Source of the DNA: Actinomycetota bacterium
GTDB taxonomy: Bacteria; Actinomycetota; UBA4738; JBBDHU01
NCBI GenBank assembly: GCA_040880465.1
Contig: JBBDIK010000011.1
Span: 177,229-241,228 of the forward strand
DNA: 64,000 nucleotides
Direction: 5' to 3'
Both the position numbers and the translations under genes were made by a program. Below, piece after piece: positions 1-10,197 of this stretch; positions within the stretch are counted from its first letter, which is position 1, and every line of letters begins with the position of its first letter. Below the pieces are notes generated by a model. It ran no database searches. It saw nothing but the letters and a program-made list of their open reading frames with translations, and had not been told where the DNA came from.

Positions 1-403
1 GGAGCCGTCCGAGGGAGCGCAGATTCGAGGCGACAGCCTCGACGCCGCGGTTCGGGATCCCCATGGCGTTCGTCAGTGTGGCGGCGCGCCGGTCGCGCGC
101 GATCCGCGGCCGGGGGTTCCCCTCGCGTGGCAGACGAGACACCGTCCCTCCCACGAGATATCCGAACCCCAGCGCTGCAAGCCCACGGAGTTCCGCGCAA
201 TTCTTGTCGAACCCGGCGGCCAGACCGACGGGGTTCCGCAAGGCGATCCCCGTGAGGTCGACTGGAAGGTCGGGGATCGCGGAGGAACCGGAGATGGCAC
301 GCCACGGAAGCGGCAGTCGGAAGGCCGTCTCGGCGAGGTGATGGGAAGTCTCCGGCGGGAGGGTGAAGAGCGCAGGGCGCACCAACGACCGGTAGAGACC
401 CAT
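1..403 (-). CDS. pyrD: Quinone-type dihydroorotate dehydrogenase, 5' part (runs off window; absent from ORF track)
   Basis: Manual translation from ATG 403: MGLYRSLVRPALFTLPPETSHHLA...NPVGLAAGFDKN...GFGYLVGGTVS...GNPRPRI...NAMGIPNRG, the class 2 DHODH motifs; divergent from pyrE. Confidence 0.9.
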   Translation of the reverse strand, partial: MGLYRSLVRPALFTLPPETSHHLAETAFRLPLPWRAISGSSAIPDLPVDLTGIALRNPVGLAAGFDKNCAELRGLAALGFGYLVGGTVSRLPREGNPRPRIARDRRAATLTNAMGIPNRGVEAVASNLRSLGRL

Positions 404-412
404 CGAAGCCCT

Positions 413-931
413 ATGCTACCGGACGTGACCGAGGACCTGGCCCGCCGCTTGATCGACCGTTCCGAGATCCACGGCAAGTTCGTCCTCTCGTCGGGTCGGA
501 CGTCGAACGTCTATTTCGACAAGTTCCGGTTCCTGACGGACCCGCCGCTGCTCGACGAACTCGCCGGCATGGTAAGCGGGATGCTGCCGCACGGCCTGAC
601 GCACGTTGCGTCACCCGAAGGCGCCGCGACGCTCCTGCTCGCGCCGGTCGGGATCCGGGCGGGTCTGCCGATGGCCGTGGTCCGCAAGGAGCCCAAGGAG
701 TACGGGACGAGAGAGCGGGTCGAAGGTGAGATCGGAGCGGATGCTCGTGTCGGACTCATCGAAGACGTCAGCACGACCGGCCACCAGACGTTGGCCGCCG
801 CCAAAGCGTTGGAAGCGCATGGTGCGACGATCGACATCATCATCCTGACGATCGACCGAGGTGGCGCGGACGCGTTGCGCAGCGCGGGGTACCGCGTCGA
901 GTCGGTGGTGTCGCTTCGGCCGGAGGGATGA
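413..931 (+). CDS. pyrE: Orotate phosphoribosyltransferase
   Basis: GKFVLSSGRTSNVYFDK, RKEPKEYG loop, PRPP motif LIEDVSTTG; start is ATG 413 or leaderless GTG 425. Confidence 0.9.
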   Translation: MLPDVTEDLARRLIDRSEIHGKFVLSSGRTSNVYFDKFRFLTDPPLLDELAGMVSGMLPHGLTHVASPEGAATLLLAPVGIRAGLPMAVVRKEPKEYGTRERVEGEIGADARVGLIEDVSTTGHQTLAAAKALEAHGATIDIIILTIDRGGADALRSAGYRVESVVSLRPEG

Positions 932-934
932 CGC

Positions 935-1663
935 CTAGGTCTGAACGTCGCCGCGGATGACGCGCCAGATACGCAATTGCCACAGCGCCCGGCTGCCGCG
1001 CTCCTGCAGGCTGACGATCCCCTGCTGAACCAGCTTCTTCACGGCCTGGGACTTCGCCACCAGGTCGGGCAGCGGAAGGTTCCGCTCGAGGATCGCCTCC
1101 ATGTTCGCCGCGCCGAAGATCCTGCGCGTGACCTCGAGGATCTTGCTCTCGTTCTGGATCGTGCCGGTCGGCAGGTACATCCGCCCACCCGGTGCCAGGC
1201 AGTCCCCGACCTCCTCCACCATCTGAACGGGGAGTTCGGCTCCTGTGGGGCCACCTGCGTGTCCGTCCGGGAACCAGCCGGTGAGCCGTCCGATCTCATC
1301 GGGGATACCGGACACGTCACCGATGATGACGTCGGCGTGGACGTCGCGGACGGGATCGAAGAGGCTGCCCGCGCGGAACTCGGTGCGGCCGGCCAGCCCG
1401 AGGGCCTTCGCGTTCTCGCGCGCCATCTCAACAGATGCTTCACTGAGATCGACGCCGACGACGCGAGCAGCTCCGAGGCGAGCCGCCACGAACGACAGGA
1501 CCCCGCTGCCGCACCCGACATCGATCACGGTGTCTCCGGGCTTGATCTCAAGAGCATCTGCGAGGGTCTTGCTCGTCGTCGTCGGGCTGAACACGCCAGG
1601 TCCGACCTTGAACTCGAAGGGGCCCGTCCGGCCCTTCCACTCGAGGGTTGCGGATTCACTCAT
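935..1663 (-). CDS. Class I SAM-dependent methyltransferase (HemK/PrmA-like)
   Basis: GVFSP motif, VIDVGCGSG motif I, GVDLS, GSLFDP. Confidence 0.8.
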   Translation of the reverse strand: MSESATLEWKGRTGPFEFKVGPGVFSPTTTSKTLADALEIKPGDTVIDVGCGSGVLSFVAARLGAARVVGVDLSEASVEMARENAKALGLAGRTEFRAGSLFDPVRDVHADVIIGDVSGIPDEIGRLTGWFPDGHAGGPTGAELPVQMVEEVGDCLAPGGRMYLPTGTIQNESKILEVTRRIFGAANMEAILERNLPLPDLVAKSQAVKKLVQQGIVSLQERGSRALWQLRIWRVIRGDVQT

Positions 1664-1723
1664 CCGACCACGATACCGGATTCTTCATCTCTTTCCTACC
1701 CGGCGGTAGCTTGTAGGCACGGA

Positions 1724-2224
1724 TCAGACCTTCGGAAGGTCCTGCACGCCGGCCAGGGCCCCTTCGCCAGGCACCAGCAGCCCCGCCTGGACGGCGGCGG
1801 CGTCCGCTTCGCAACGATCCGCAACGACCTGCGTATCCACCCCTCGCTGCCCGTTCGGATACGGAGCGATCCGCGATGCAGCTCGCGTGAGCAGCTTGTG
1901 GGCTCCGTGGGCGTTCCCGCGCAACAGGTGCACGTAGCCCGCACCCATCTGAGAAAGGCCCTTGAAGAACTCGGCGTCATCGGTGTCCCGCGACTGCTTC
2001 CAGGCCGTCTCCCACGCCTCATGCGCGGGGAAGTAGCGACCGGCGTTGAAGTGCTCGACCGCGAGCCGGTGGTTCTCGTCGCGCGAAAGGCTGTCGAAGT
2101 CCTCGAGGTGAAGCGCATTCTCGGCGTCCCAGGGCTGCGGCCGACCGAGTGCATCCCGAGGCCGTTCGGGCTTGTTGCGCTGTTCGCTGGGGAGGCCGGT
2201 CTTGCCGGTCGCTTCCTGCCTCAT
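1724..2224 (-). CDS. DUF309 family protein
   Basis: FNAGRYFPAHEAWETAW...FFKGLSQ...H...GN motif. Confidence 0.8.
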   Translation of the reverse strand: MRQEATGKTGLPSEQRNKPERPRDALGRPQPWDAENALHLEDFDSLSRDENHRLAVEHFNAGRYFPAHEAWETAWKQSRDTDDAEFFKGLSQMGAGYVHLLRGNAHGAHKLLTRAASRIAPYPNGQRGVDTQVVADRCEADAAAVQAGLLVPGEGALAGVQDLPKV

Positions 2225-2259
2225 CCCCTCCAGCCTACCGGCAGTCCGAGGGCCGACGC

Positions 2260-2628
2260 TCAGCGATGCCGCTCGCCCTGGAACTCCAGTGCGTATGACC
2301 ACGAGGTTCCCTCGTCGTTCACCTCGAACCGCAGCAGCCGCCCCGCTTCACCCCCGGGAAGGAACACCGGCAGGCCGAAGTGCTCGTCAGCAGGCCAGAC
2401 CTCGGTCCGCGTCCCCGTGTCCAGATCCAACAAGGCCATGCAGCAGTCGCCGTCGCGTTCCAAGGGCCCCACCCACTCGTCGACAGGGCCATCCGCCGAC
2501 CGGAACCGCAGGTACGTGGATGCCCCGTGGACCAAGAGCCGTTCGTTCGGATGCGTCCAGGCCTTGCCCATCGACCGCCACTTCTCGCCGTCCCGCGAGG
2601 ACTCGATCATCCATGCCACGTCACCCAT
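2260..2628 (-). CDS. Hypothetical protein
   Basis: Protein-like C-terminal part of ORF 2260..3045 from ATG 2628; fills the gap between DUF309 and PAC2 genes. Confidence 0.55.
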   Translation of the reverse strand: MGDVAWMIESSRDGEKWRSMGKAWTHPNERLLVHGASTYLRFRSADGPVDEWVGPLERDGDCCMALLDLDTGTRTEVWPADEHFGLPVFLPGGEAGRLLRFEVNDEGTSWSYALEFQGERHR

Positions 2629-2698
2629 GGCTCCGATCCTTCCAGGGCGGCCGATCGATCGCAAGCGCTCCCCAGGTGCTGGAGTAAGCTGGCGCGCG

Positions 2699-3556
2699 AT
2701 GAGCACGATCGTCTTCGAGGAACAGCCGGACCTGCAGCACCCCACTATCGTCATGGCCTTCTCGGGCTGGAACGACGGCGGGGAGGCGGCCAGTGCCGCC
2801 GCCGAACACCTGCGGATCCAGTGGAACGCGAAACGGTTCGCACACCTCGATCCGGAGGAGTTCTTCGACTTCCAGGTGAACCGTCCGACCGTGACCCTGG
2901 TCGACGGAACCACCCGCAACATCAGGTGGCCATCGATCGCCTTCCATGCTGCCCGGGCCGGCGACCGCGATGTCGTCCTCTTCACGGGCGCCGAACCGAA
3001 CCTCCGCTGGAAGACCTTCGCCGGTGCGGTCGTCGACGTCGCCAAGCACCTCGGAGCTGAGCGGCTGGTGACGCTCGGGGCATTCCTCGCCGACGTGGCT
3101 CACACGCGGTCGGTGCCGATCGTCGGATCCGCGAGCGACCGGGCCGAGGCCGAGCGGTTGCACCTGGCGCCGTCGAACTACGAAGGCCCGACCGGCATCA
3201 TCGGCGTCACGCACGACGTCGCGAACCGGGCCGGACTGGAGTCCGTCTCGTTCTGGGCCGCGGTTCCCCACTACATCCCGGTCGGTGAGAACCCGAAGGC
3301 GGCGCTGGCACTCGTACGGCGGCTGGCGGGATATCTGGCGATCGAGGTCGACACCGCCAGGCTCGAGCGGACCGCCGAGGTCTGGGAGGAGAACGTCACG
3401 GAGCAGATCCGTGACAACGAGGCTCTCTCCCATTACCTCGACCGGCTCGAGGAGCCGGATGCCACCGAGTTCGCCCCCGAGGGCGGAAGTGGCGACGAGA
3501 TCGCGCAGGAGATCGAGCGCTTCCTGCAGGAGCGAAGCCCGGGAGACGACCAGTGA
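2699..3556 (+). CDS. PAC2 family proteasome assembly chaperone-like protein
   Basis: AFSGWNDGGEAAS, DPEEFFDFQVNRP, EPNLRW, YEGPTGI, WAAVPHY; true start inside ORF 977..3556. Confidence 0.9.
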   Translation: MSTIVFEEQPDLQHPTIVMAFSGWNDGGEAASAAAEHLRIQWNAKRFAHLDPEEFFDFQVNRPTVTLVDGTTRNIRWPSIAFHAARAGDRDVVLFTGAEPNLRWKTFAGAVVDVAKHLGAERLVTLGAFLADVAHTRSVPIVGSASDRAEAERLHLAPSNYEGPTGIIGVTHDVANRAGLESVSFWAAVPHYIPVGENPKAALALVRRLAGYLAIEVDTARLERTAEVWEENVTEQIRDNEALSHYLDRLEEPDATEFAPEGGSGDEIAQEIERFLQERSPGDDQ

Positions 3557-4320
3557 GGCTCGGAAAGAGCAAGCCCTCGAAACCGAAGATCATGCCGATC
3601 CGGGCGCACGAGGCTGGGCACCCCGAGCAGCGCGGGGCCACGACCGGCAAGAGCGGGGCACTGCGCGCTGCGATCTTCGGGGTCAACGATGGGCTCGTGT
3701 CCAACCTCTCGCTGATCATGGGCGTTGCCGGCGCGACCGGGACCGACCCGCAGATCGTGCTGCTGGCCGGTGTCGCGGGACTGCTGGCGGGCGCGTTCTC
3801 GATGGGCGCCGGAGAGTACATCTCGATGCGGGTACAGCGGGACGTGTTCGAGCAGCTGCTGGCGCTTGAGCGCTGGGAACTCGAGAACATGCCTGAGGAG
3901 GAGTTGCACGAGCTGACCAAGATCTACGAGGACAAGGGGATGCCGAAGGAGCTGGCCACCGAAGTTGCGGTCGCGCTCTCGAAGGACGTCGATGTGGCGC
4001 TCGAAACCCACGCACGCGAGGAACTCGGCCTTGACCCCCACGAACTCGGCTCTCCCACGGGTGCGGCGATCTCGTCGTTCATCGCGTTCTCGCTGGGAGC
4101 TCTGGTCCCACTGTTCCCGTTCTTCTTCGTGTCGGGGATGACCGGCATCGTTCTCTCGGCGACCCTGTCGGGCATCACGCTCTTCGCCGTCGGCAGCGCG
4201 ATGACGATCTTCACCGGCAAGCACTTCTGGCTCTCGGGCCTGCGGATGCTGGCGGTCGGCGGCGGTGCGGCAACGATCACCTATCTCGTCGGCAGCATGT
4301 TCCACGTCAACTCACTCTAG
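3553..4320 (+). CDS. VIT1/CCC1 family Fe/Mn transporter
   Basis: LRAAIFGVNDGLVSN, AGAFSMGAGEYIS, HAREELG. Confidence 0.9.
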   Translation: MRLGKSKPSKPKIMPIRAHEAGHPEQRGATTGKSGALRAAIFGVNDGLVSNLSLIMGVAGATGTDPQIVLLAGVAGLLAGAFSMGAGEYISMRVQRDVFEQLLALERWELENMPEEELHELTKIYEDKGMPKELATEVAVALSKDVDVALETHAREELGLDPHELGSPTGAAISSFIAFSLGALVPLFPFFFVSGMTGIVLSATLSGITLFAVGSAMTIFTGKHFWLSGLRMLAVGGGAATITYLVGSMFHVNSL

Positions 4321-4943
4321 GCTGCGTCCACCGCCTCCGGATCGGCCAGCACGACCACCCGTTCCGCACGAACGCCCGCCGCCGGGATCCCGGACGCCGA
4401 AAGCATCTCCAGGAGCGTCTGCTGCTTGGCTGCCCCCGACACGAGGAACACGGCGAGGTGGGCGGCGTTCAGGACCGGATAGGTCAGCGTCATGCGCCGA
4501 TGGTCAGGCCGCTCGACCAGCACCACGTTGCGATCGGTGACTTCGAGCGCCGGGTCGCCGGGGAACAGCGAGGCCGTGTGGCCGTCCTCGCCGAGCCCGA
4601 GGAAGATGAGGTCGAACGCTGGCACGCCGGGCCCGAACACCGATGCCAACTCAGTCTCGTAGCTCTCGGGATCGCAACCGGTCATCGGGTGGGCGCGCGC
4701 GGGAACGTGCGAGAGCAACGTCTCGTCGGCCATCCGGAAGTTGGACGCCGGGTCGTCCGGCGGAACGCATCGCTCGTCGCCGAAGAAGACCTCGACCCGC
4801 TCCCAGGCTGCCGGGTGCTTCGCCAGCTCCTCGTAGGTCGCACGCGGAGTGCTTCCGCCCGAGAGCGCGACGGTCCGCGGCGCCGTCTCCAAGAACAGGC
4901 GTGTCGCCTCGCCCGGCAGGTCGGTGGCGACCCTAAGCTCCAT
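4317..4943 (-). CDS. pgl: 6-phosphogluconolactonase
   Basis: ALSGGSTP, FFGDERCVP, GLGEDGHTASLFP, RMTLT. Confidence 0.92.
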   Translation of the reverse strand: MELRVATDLPGEATRLFLETAPRTVALSGGSTPRATYEELAKHPAAWERVEVFFGDERCVPPDDPASNFRMADETLLSHVPARAHPMTGCDPESYETELASVFGPGVPAFDLIFLGLGEDGHTASLFPGDPALEVTDRNVVLVERPDHRRMTLTYPVLNAAHLAVFLVSGAAKQQTLLEMLSASGIPAAGVRAERVVVLADPEAVDAA

Positions 4944-5382
4944 CGGCCTCCTCCTCGTCCTCCTCGATGCCGATGATGAACTCCAGGCCGCGGCGCATGG
5001 TGGCGAAGTTGCGATAGCCGAACTCGCGCCGGTACCGCCCCTCGATGCCGGCGACGATCCGGCGTGCGTCGGCCACGTACCGCCGCCCCCGGGCGGTCAG
5101 ACGCACGATCTTCGCGCGCGAGTCGTCCGGGTCAGGCACCCGTCGGATGTACCCGCGGGCCTCCAGATCGTCGACGATCAGCATCATCCCTTGCTTGGTG
5201 ATGCGCGCGCGCTTGGCCAGCTCGCCGAGCCGCGTTCCCGATCGGCGGTCGATGCTCATGAACACGGCGGCGTGACTCGGGCGAACGTCCTCCCAGCCCC
5301 ACTCGTTCAGGGTGTCGAGGAGTTCCGACGCGAGCGTGCGGTGGGCGCCGAGGCAGAGCCGAGCCAGGTCGGTGTCCGGCAT
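4933..5382 (-). CDS. MarR family transcriptional regulator
   Basis: ELAKRARITKQGM...LEARGYIRRVPDPDDSRAKIVRLT. Confidence 0.88.
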   Translation of the reverse strand: MPDTDLARLCLGAHRTLASELLDTLNEWGWEDVRPSHAAVFMSIDRRSGTRLGELAKRARITKQGMMLIVDDLEARGYIRRVPDPDDSRAKIVRLTARGRRYVADARRIVAGIEGRYRREFGYRNFATMRRGLEFIIGIEEDEEEADGA

Positions 5383-5457
5383 GGGTGGCTATCCTCGCGC
5401 GCCGGGACGCCTTCGTCAATCACCTTGACGAAGGGTGGGTTCGGTAGGGTTCGGGAC

Positions 5458-5964
5458 ATGGCGATCGAGATCCGCCGCGTGCGGCCGGAGGAATACGAGG
5501 AAGCGGGCGAGGTGACGGCACTCGCCTACCGCGAGTTCGGCCCGGACGGAGACGAGGACTGGGAGTCCTACTTCCGTCGGGTCGCCGACGTGGCCGGCCG
5601 CGACGCCGTCGCGGCCGTGTTCGTTGCCCTCGATGATGGGGAGATCATCGGGTCCGTGACCTTGGAGCTGGACGAACGCGTCGGAAGCCGCCTTCCCGCC
5701 GCGAACGAACGTCTGGGCCCGGACCAGGCGCACATCCGGATGCTCGGCGTGCGCCCGGCTGCCCGCCGGGGAGGAACCGGGAAGGCCCTCATGCGATATG
5801 CGATCGAGGAGGCACGGGCGGCGGGCAAGAGCCGGCTCACGCTCCATACATCGACGCGGATGGAGGCTGCCCAGGGGATGTACGAAGGGATGGGTTTCGA
5901 CCTGGTCGGCGAGGAGACCTTCGACGACGGCTTCTGCCTGTTGGCCTACGAACTCGCCCTCTGA
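5458..5964 (+). CDS. GNAT family acetyltransferase
   Basis: MLGVRPAARRGGTGKAL acetyl-CoA motif, AQGMYEGMGF. Confidence 0.85.
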   Translation: MAIEIRRVRPEEYEEAGEVTALAYREFGPDGDEDWESYFRRVADVAGRDAVAAVFVALDDGEIIGSVTLELDERVGSRLPAANERLGPDQAHIRMLGVRPAARRGGTGKALMRYAIEEARAAGKSRLTLHTSTRMEAAQGMYEGMGFDLVGEETFDDGFCLLAYELAL

Positions 5965-5977
5965 CCCGCGAGATATC

Positions 5978-8125
5978 TCACTTGGTTGGGCGGATCTCGC
6001 CCGTGTCGCCTTCGGCTTCGATGTCGAAATGGGTCCCGAACGCGTGTAGGCCGTGGACGAAGATCCGGCCGAGTTCCTTCGGTACGTGCGGATGCAGCAC
6101 GAGCTTGCCGCCCTCGACCCGGACCCCCAGCATCGTTGCCAGCAGGACGAACGGCGCCGCCGTCGCCCAGGCTTGCGGGCTGCACGCCGTCGGGTACGGG
6201 ACCGGGAAACTGCCCGCGCTCTTGTCGAAGCCGGCGAACGCCTCCGGCAACCGGAACTCGCTGAACGACGCCGCCTCCAGCATCGCCAGCGCGATTCGAT
6301 TCGCCTCGTCGCGGAACCCGTAGCGCGACAGTCCCGCCGCGATGATCGCGTTGTCGTGTGGCCAGATGGTCCCGGTGTGGTAGCCGACCGGGTTGAACCC
6401 CTCGTCGTCCTCGGACAGCGTGCGGACCCCCCAGCCGGAAAACATCGCGTCGCCCATCAGGTTGGCGGCAACCCTGGCCGCCCGGTCGTCCGGAACGATG
6501 CCCGACCAGAGCAGGTGGCCTTGGTTCGACGTCATCGAGTCGATCGGTGCCTTGTCGCCGTCCAGTCCGATCGCGTAGTACCCGCCGCGCGCCTCGATCC
6601 AGAACTGGTCGTTGAATCGGTCGCGAAGCTCGACGGCCTCTTTCCGCAGGCGGGCAGCGAGATCCGCGTCGTCCATCAGATCCTCGGCGATCTGCGCGAT
6701 GCGCAGCTTCGCGTCGTAGACGTAGCCCTGCGCCTCGGCGATCGCGATCGGCAGGTAGGGGATGTGACCATCGGCGAATTGCACGCCGTCCCACGAGTCG
6801 CGCCAGCACTGGTTGCCGAGTCCCTGCGTCGAACGCGTCTGGTAGTCGATGAACCCGTCGCCGTCGAGGTCCCCGTAGCGGTCGATCCACTCCAGTGCGG
6901 CGAGCACGTTCGGCCAATGTTGCGTGACGAAGTCGCCGTCCTGCGTCCAGTGCCAGTAGGCGGACAGCACGATGAGGAACAGTGGGGTCGAGTCCACCGC
7001 CCCGTAGTAGGGGTTGTGCGGCTTGAGTCCGAGCTGCGTGAGCTCGCCGGCCCGGAACTCGTGCAGGATCTTGCCCGGTTCCTCATCGTGGAAGTCATCG
7101 ACCTTCTTCCCCTGCCCGAGCGCCAGCGTGAACAGGGCCCCGCGCGCGAGCTGGGGTCCGACCCCGATCGTCATGAACGAGGTGAACAGCGTGTCCCGTC
7201 CGAACAGCGTCATGAACCACGGGAGCCCGGCCGCCGGGAGCGTGAACTCCATGCCGCCGACATCCGCCGTGATACGCAGGGCCGTCAGGTCATCGATCGA
7301 CTTCTGCAGGACGTTGCCGAACAGCTCCGAGTGCATCCGGAACCGGGGCAACTCATCGAGCCAGCGCGACAACGGGTCGTCGCCCTTCTTCGGCTTATCG
7401 CCGAAGTCCTCGTGGCTCGGTTTCAGGAGCAGCCCGCTGACGTGGACGTGCGCGGTCAGGGTGGTCTTCCATTTCCCCCGGGGGAGCAGCTCGAGGTCCC
7501 AGACCAGCGTCGTGCCGTCGATCTGACTCGGCGCCGTCTCGGTTTCGACCAGGGTTCGAGCGTTGAACCCCTCGTTCTCATAGGCGAACGTGACCTCGGA
7601 GCCCGAGCCGCCCGCGGTGATCTGCGCGCTGCGGTCGCGCACGTCGGCTTTGATCTCGAACAGGTCCGCGAAGTCGGTCCCGACGGCTAGCCGGAGCTGG
7701 GCCTTCACCGGGTGATCGGCGTAGCTGTGCACCGAGATCTCCTCGCGCATCCCATCGCCCACGAAGCGGCGTCGCCGGATAGACAGCGTGTTCTCGCGTA
7801 CGTCGTCGAGCGTCGGGTTCGTCAGGAAGAACGCCGCCGAGTAGTAGTCGACCGTGTGCGAACGCAGGAGCTTCGGCCGTTTGCCGCCGATGGTGAGTTC
7901 CCAGCGGTCGAGGAACCGCGTGTCCGCGTAGACCAGCCCGCCGATCGATCCGCGGGGCACGTCACCCAGGGAGTCCGAGTACATGAACGCTCGGCCCTCC
8001 AGGACCGCGATCGCGTCGATCCCGAGCTCCGGCGGAGTGCGTTCGCGACGCGCGCTGGGAACCGTCGGATCGACCGGGGTTCCGGGGAGCGGGTCGGCGG
8101 GGGTCGGACGCGCGGCCTCGGTCAT
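5978..8125 (-). CDS. Amylo-alpha-1,6-glucosidase / glycogen debranching family protein
   Basis: AGLPWFMTLFGRD, EEPGKILHE, YYGAVDSTPLF, NQCWRDS, GYHTGTIWPHDN, CSPQAW. Confidence 0.9.
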   Translation of the reverse strand: MTEAARPTPADPLPGTPVDPTVPSARRERTPPELGIDAIAVLEGRAFMYSDSLGDVPRGSIGGLVYADTRFLDRWELTIGGKRPKLLRSHTVDYYSAAFFLTNPTLDDVRENTLSIRRRRFVGDGMREEISVHSYADHPVKAQLRLAVGTDFADLFEIKADVRDRSAQITAGGSGSEVTFAYENEGFNARTLVETETAPSQIDGTTLVWDLELLPRGKWKTTLTAHVHVSGLLLKPSHEDFGDKPKKGDDPLSRWLDELPRFRMHSELFGNVLQKSIDDLTALRITADVGGMEFTLPAAGLPWFMTLFGRDTLFTSFMTIGVGPQLARGALFTLALGQGKKVDDFHDEEPGKILHEFRAGELTQLGLKPHNPYYGAVDSTPLFLIVLSAYWHWTQDGDFVTQHWPNVLAALEWIDRYGDLDGDGFIDYQTRSTQGLGNQCWRDSWDGVQFADGHIPYLPIAIAEAQGYVYDAKLRIAQIAEDLMDDADLAARLRKEAVELRDRFNDQFWIEARGGYYAIGLDGDKAPIDSMTSNQGHLLWSGIVPDDRAARVAANLMGDAMFSGWGVRTLSEDDEGFNPVGYHTGTIWPHDNAIIAAGLSRYGFRDEANRIALAMLEAASFSEFRLPEAFAGFDKSAGSFPVPYPTACSPQAWATAAPFVLLATMLGVRVEGGKLVLHPHVPKELGRIFVHGLHAFGTHFDIEAEGDTGEIRPTK

Positions 8126-8153
8126 GGAGGCGATGATAGTCCGGCCGTGCGCC

Positions 8154-10133
8154 TCAGCGTTCGTCCGAGGCGGTCAGGACCTCGCCCGTGGTGAGCAGGA
8201 GTCCGTCCTCGGTCACCGCCTCCACCGTGCCGCCGCGGAACTGCTCCTCGTAGAGCTGCGCGTAGAGCCCGCCGCGAGCCAGGAGTTCCTTGTGGGTCCC
8301 TCGCTCGGAGATCCGGCCGCGCTCGACCACGAAGATCACGTCGGCCGACAGGATGGTCGAGAGGCGATGTGCGATGGCGATCGTGGTGCGTCCGTGCATC
8401 AGCGGCCGAAGTGCTTCCTGGACCAGGCGCTCCGATGTCGTGTCGAGGCTGGACGTCGCCTCGTCCAGGATCAGGATGCGCGGGTCCTTCAGGATCACGC
8501 GCGCGATGGCCAGGCGCTGCTTCTCGCCGCCCGAGAGCTTGTACCCACGCTCCCCGACCACGGTGTCATACCCCAGGGGCAGCTCCATGATCCGGTCGTG
8601 GATGAACGCAGCCCTCGCGGCAGCCTCGAGTTGCTCGTCGGTCGCGCCGGGGCGTCCGTATTCGAGGTTCTCGCGAACCGTCGTGTGGAACAGGTACGTC
8701 TCCTGGGTGACGACCCCGATCATGTCGCCGATCGAGTCGAGCGCGATGTCCCGGACGTCGCTGCCGTCGATACTGATCGATCCCCGCTGCACGTCATAGA
8801 AGCGCGGCACCAGGTAGGTCATGGTCGTCTTCCCGGCACCGCTGGGGCCGACCAGGGCGGCGAGCTGTCCGGATTCGATGTCGAGGTTGACGCCTTCGAG
8901 GGTCCACGGACGCGAGCCGCTGGTCCGCGGCTCAACCTCCGGTGACGTCGGAGCGGAGTCATCCTCCCCGGGCGGTGTCTCGTACCGGAACCACACATCG
9001 TGGAACGCCACGCGGCCCTGCACATCCGACGCGGGGATGGCCACGGCATCGGGCCGGTCGGCGATCTCGTGATCCATGTCCAGGTACTCGAAGATCCGAT
9101 CGAACAGCGCGAACGAGGTCTGCACGTCGACCGAAACCTGCAGCATCTGCCCGATGGGGAAGAACAGACGGCTCTGAAGGGTGGTGAACGCCACGATGGT
9201 CCCGGCCGTGATACCGGTGATCACGGTGGTATTCCCGTTGAGGACCCAACCGGCGACGAGGTAGACGAGCGCGGGGGTGATCGAGAAGAAGATCTGAACG
9301 ACCGCGAAGAACGAGCGCCCGATCATCTGCTGGCGGAGCTGCAGGGCCGTGAGACGTTCGTTCTCGGTCTGGAACTGTCCGATGTGGTGGTGCTGACGAC
9401 CGAACGCCTTCGACAGCAGGATGCCGGACACGGACAGCGTTTCCTCGGTGATCGCGGACATGTCGGCCATCGTCTTCTGGGTCGTCGCTGCGACGGACTG
9501 CCGCGCCTTCCCGACCTTGTAGGTGAGCCACAGGAAGAACGGCAGCATGAAGAGCGACAGCACGGTCAGCTGCCAGGAGAGCCAGAGCATGGCGATAAGC
9601 GTGGACAGCAGGACGACCGCGTTGTTCAGGATGCTCGAGGCCGTATCGGTCACGACGTCCTGGACGCCGCCGATATCATTCGCGAGCCGGGACTGGATCT
9701 CGCCAGTGCGCGTCGTCGTGAAGAAGCGAAGGGGCATGAACTGCAGGTGCCGATAGAGCGCGTTCCGCAGGTCCTGCATCACCCGCAGCCCGACCACGTT
9801 GGCGAGATAGGTCTGACCGATCCCGATCAGCCCGGCGACGATCGGGATGACCACCATCAGCGCGACCCCGAGATAGAGGGTCGACATGTTGGGGCACGAC
9901 GTTCCCGCGCAGTCACCCGGCGGGTTCCCGAAGAGGCCGTTATCGAAGATGTACTTGATCAGGAGCGGATTCGCGATGCCGATCGTCGCCGTGATGAAGA
10001 TGAGCGCGGCGACGACGGAGACCTTGCCGCGGTAGGGCTTGAACGTGGAAACGACCCGCCGGACCGTCTTCTTGTTGATCGGGCGCGCGTCCTCGTCCGG
10101 AACACGCACGGAGTAGAAGTGACCCTTCGACAT
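8154..10133 (-). CDS. ABC transporter fused permease/ATP-binding protein
   Basis: N-terminal TM domain, GPSGAGKT, LSGGEKQR, ILDEATS, AHRLST. Confidence 0.93.
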   Translation of the reverse strand: MSKGHFYSVRVPDEDARPINKKTVRRVVSTFKPYRGKVSVVAALIFITATIGIANPLLIKYIFDNGLFGNPPGDCAGTSCPNMSTLYLGVALMVVIPIVAGLIGIGQTYLANVVGLRVMQDLRNALYRHLQFMPLRFFTTTRTGEIQSRLANDIGGVQDVVTDTASSILNNAVVLLSTLIAMLWLSWQLTVLSLFMLPFFLWLTYKVGKARQSVAATTQKTMADMSAITEETLSVSGILLSKAFGRQHHHIGQFQTENERLTALQLRQQMIGRSFFAVVQIFFSITPALVYLVAGWVLNGNTTVITGITAGTIVAFTTLQSRLFFPIGQMLQVSVDVQTSFALFDRIFEYLDMDHEIADRPDAVAIPASDVQGRVAFHDVWFRYETPPGEDDSAPTSPEVEPRTSGSRPWTLEGVNLDIESGQLAALVGPSGAGKTTMTYLVPRFYDVQRGSISIDGSDVRDIALDSIGDMIGVVTQETYLFHTTVRENLEYGRPGATDEQLEAAARAAFIHDRIMELPLGYDTVVGERGYKLSGGEKQRLAIARVILKDPRILILDEATSSLDTTSERLVQEALRPLMHGRTTIAIAHRLSTILSADVIFVVERGRISERGTHKELLARGGLYAQLYEEQFRGGTVEAVTEDGLLLTTGEVLTASDER

Positions 10134-10197
10134 GCAGCCAGCTTACCGCCGGCCTGCGAAAGCATCCCCGACCGGGGCGCGGGAGCGAGACCCTGGT

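Noticed and set aside
977-2698. N-terminal 570 aa of the 859-aa ORF 977..3556
   Set aside because: Antisense shadow of three minus-strand genes; the PAC2 domain begins at ATG 2699
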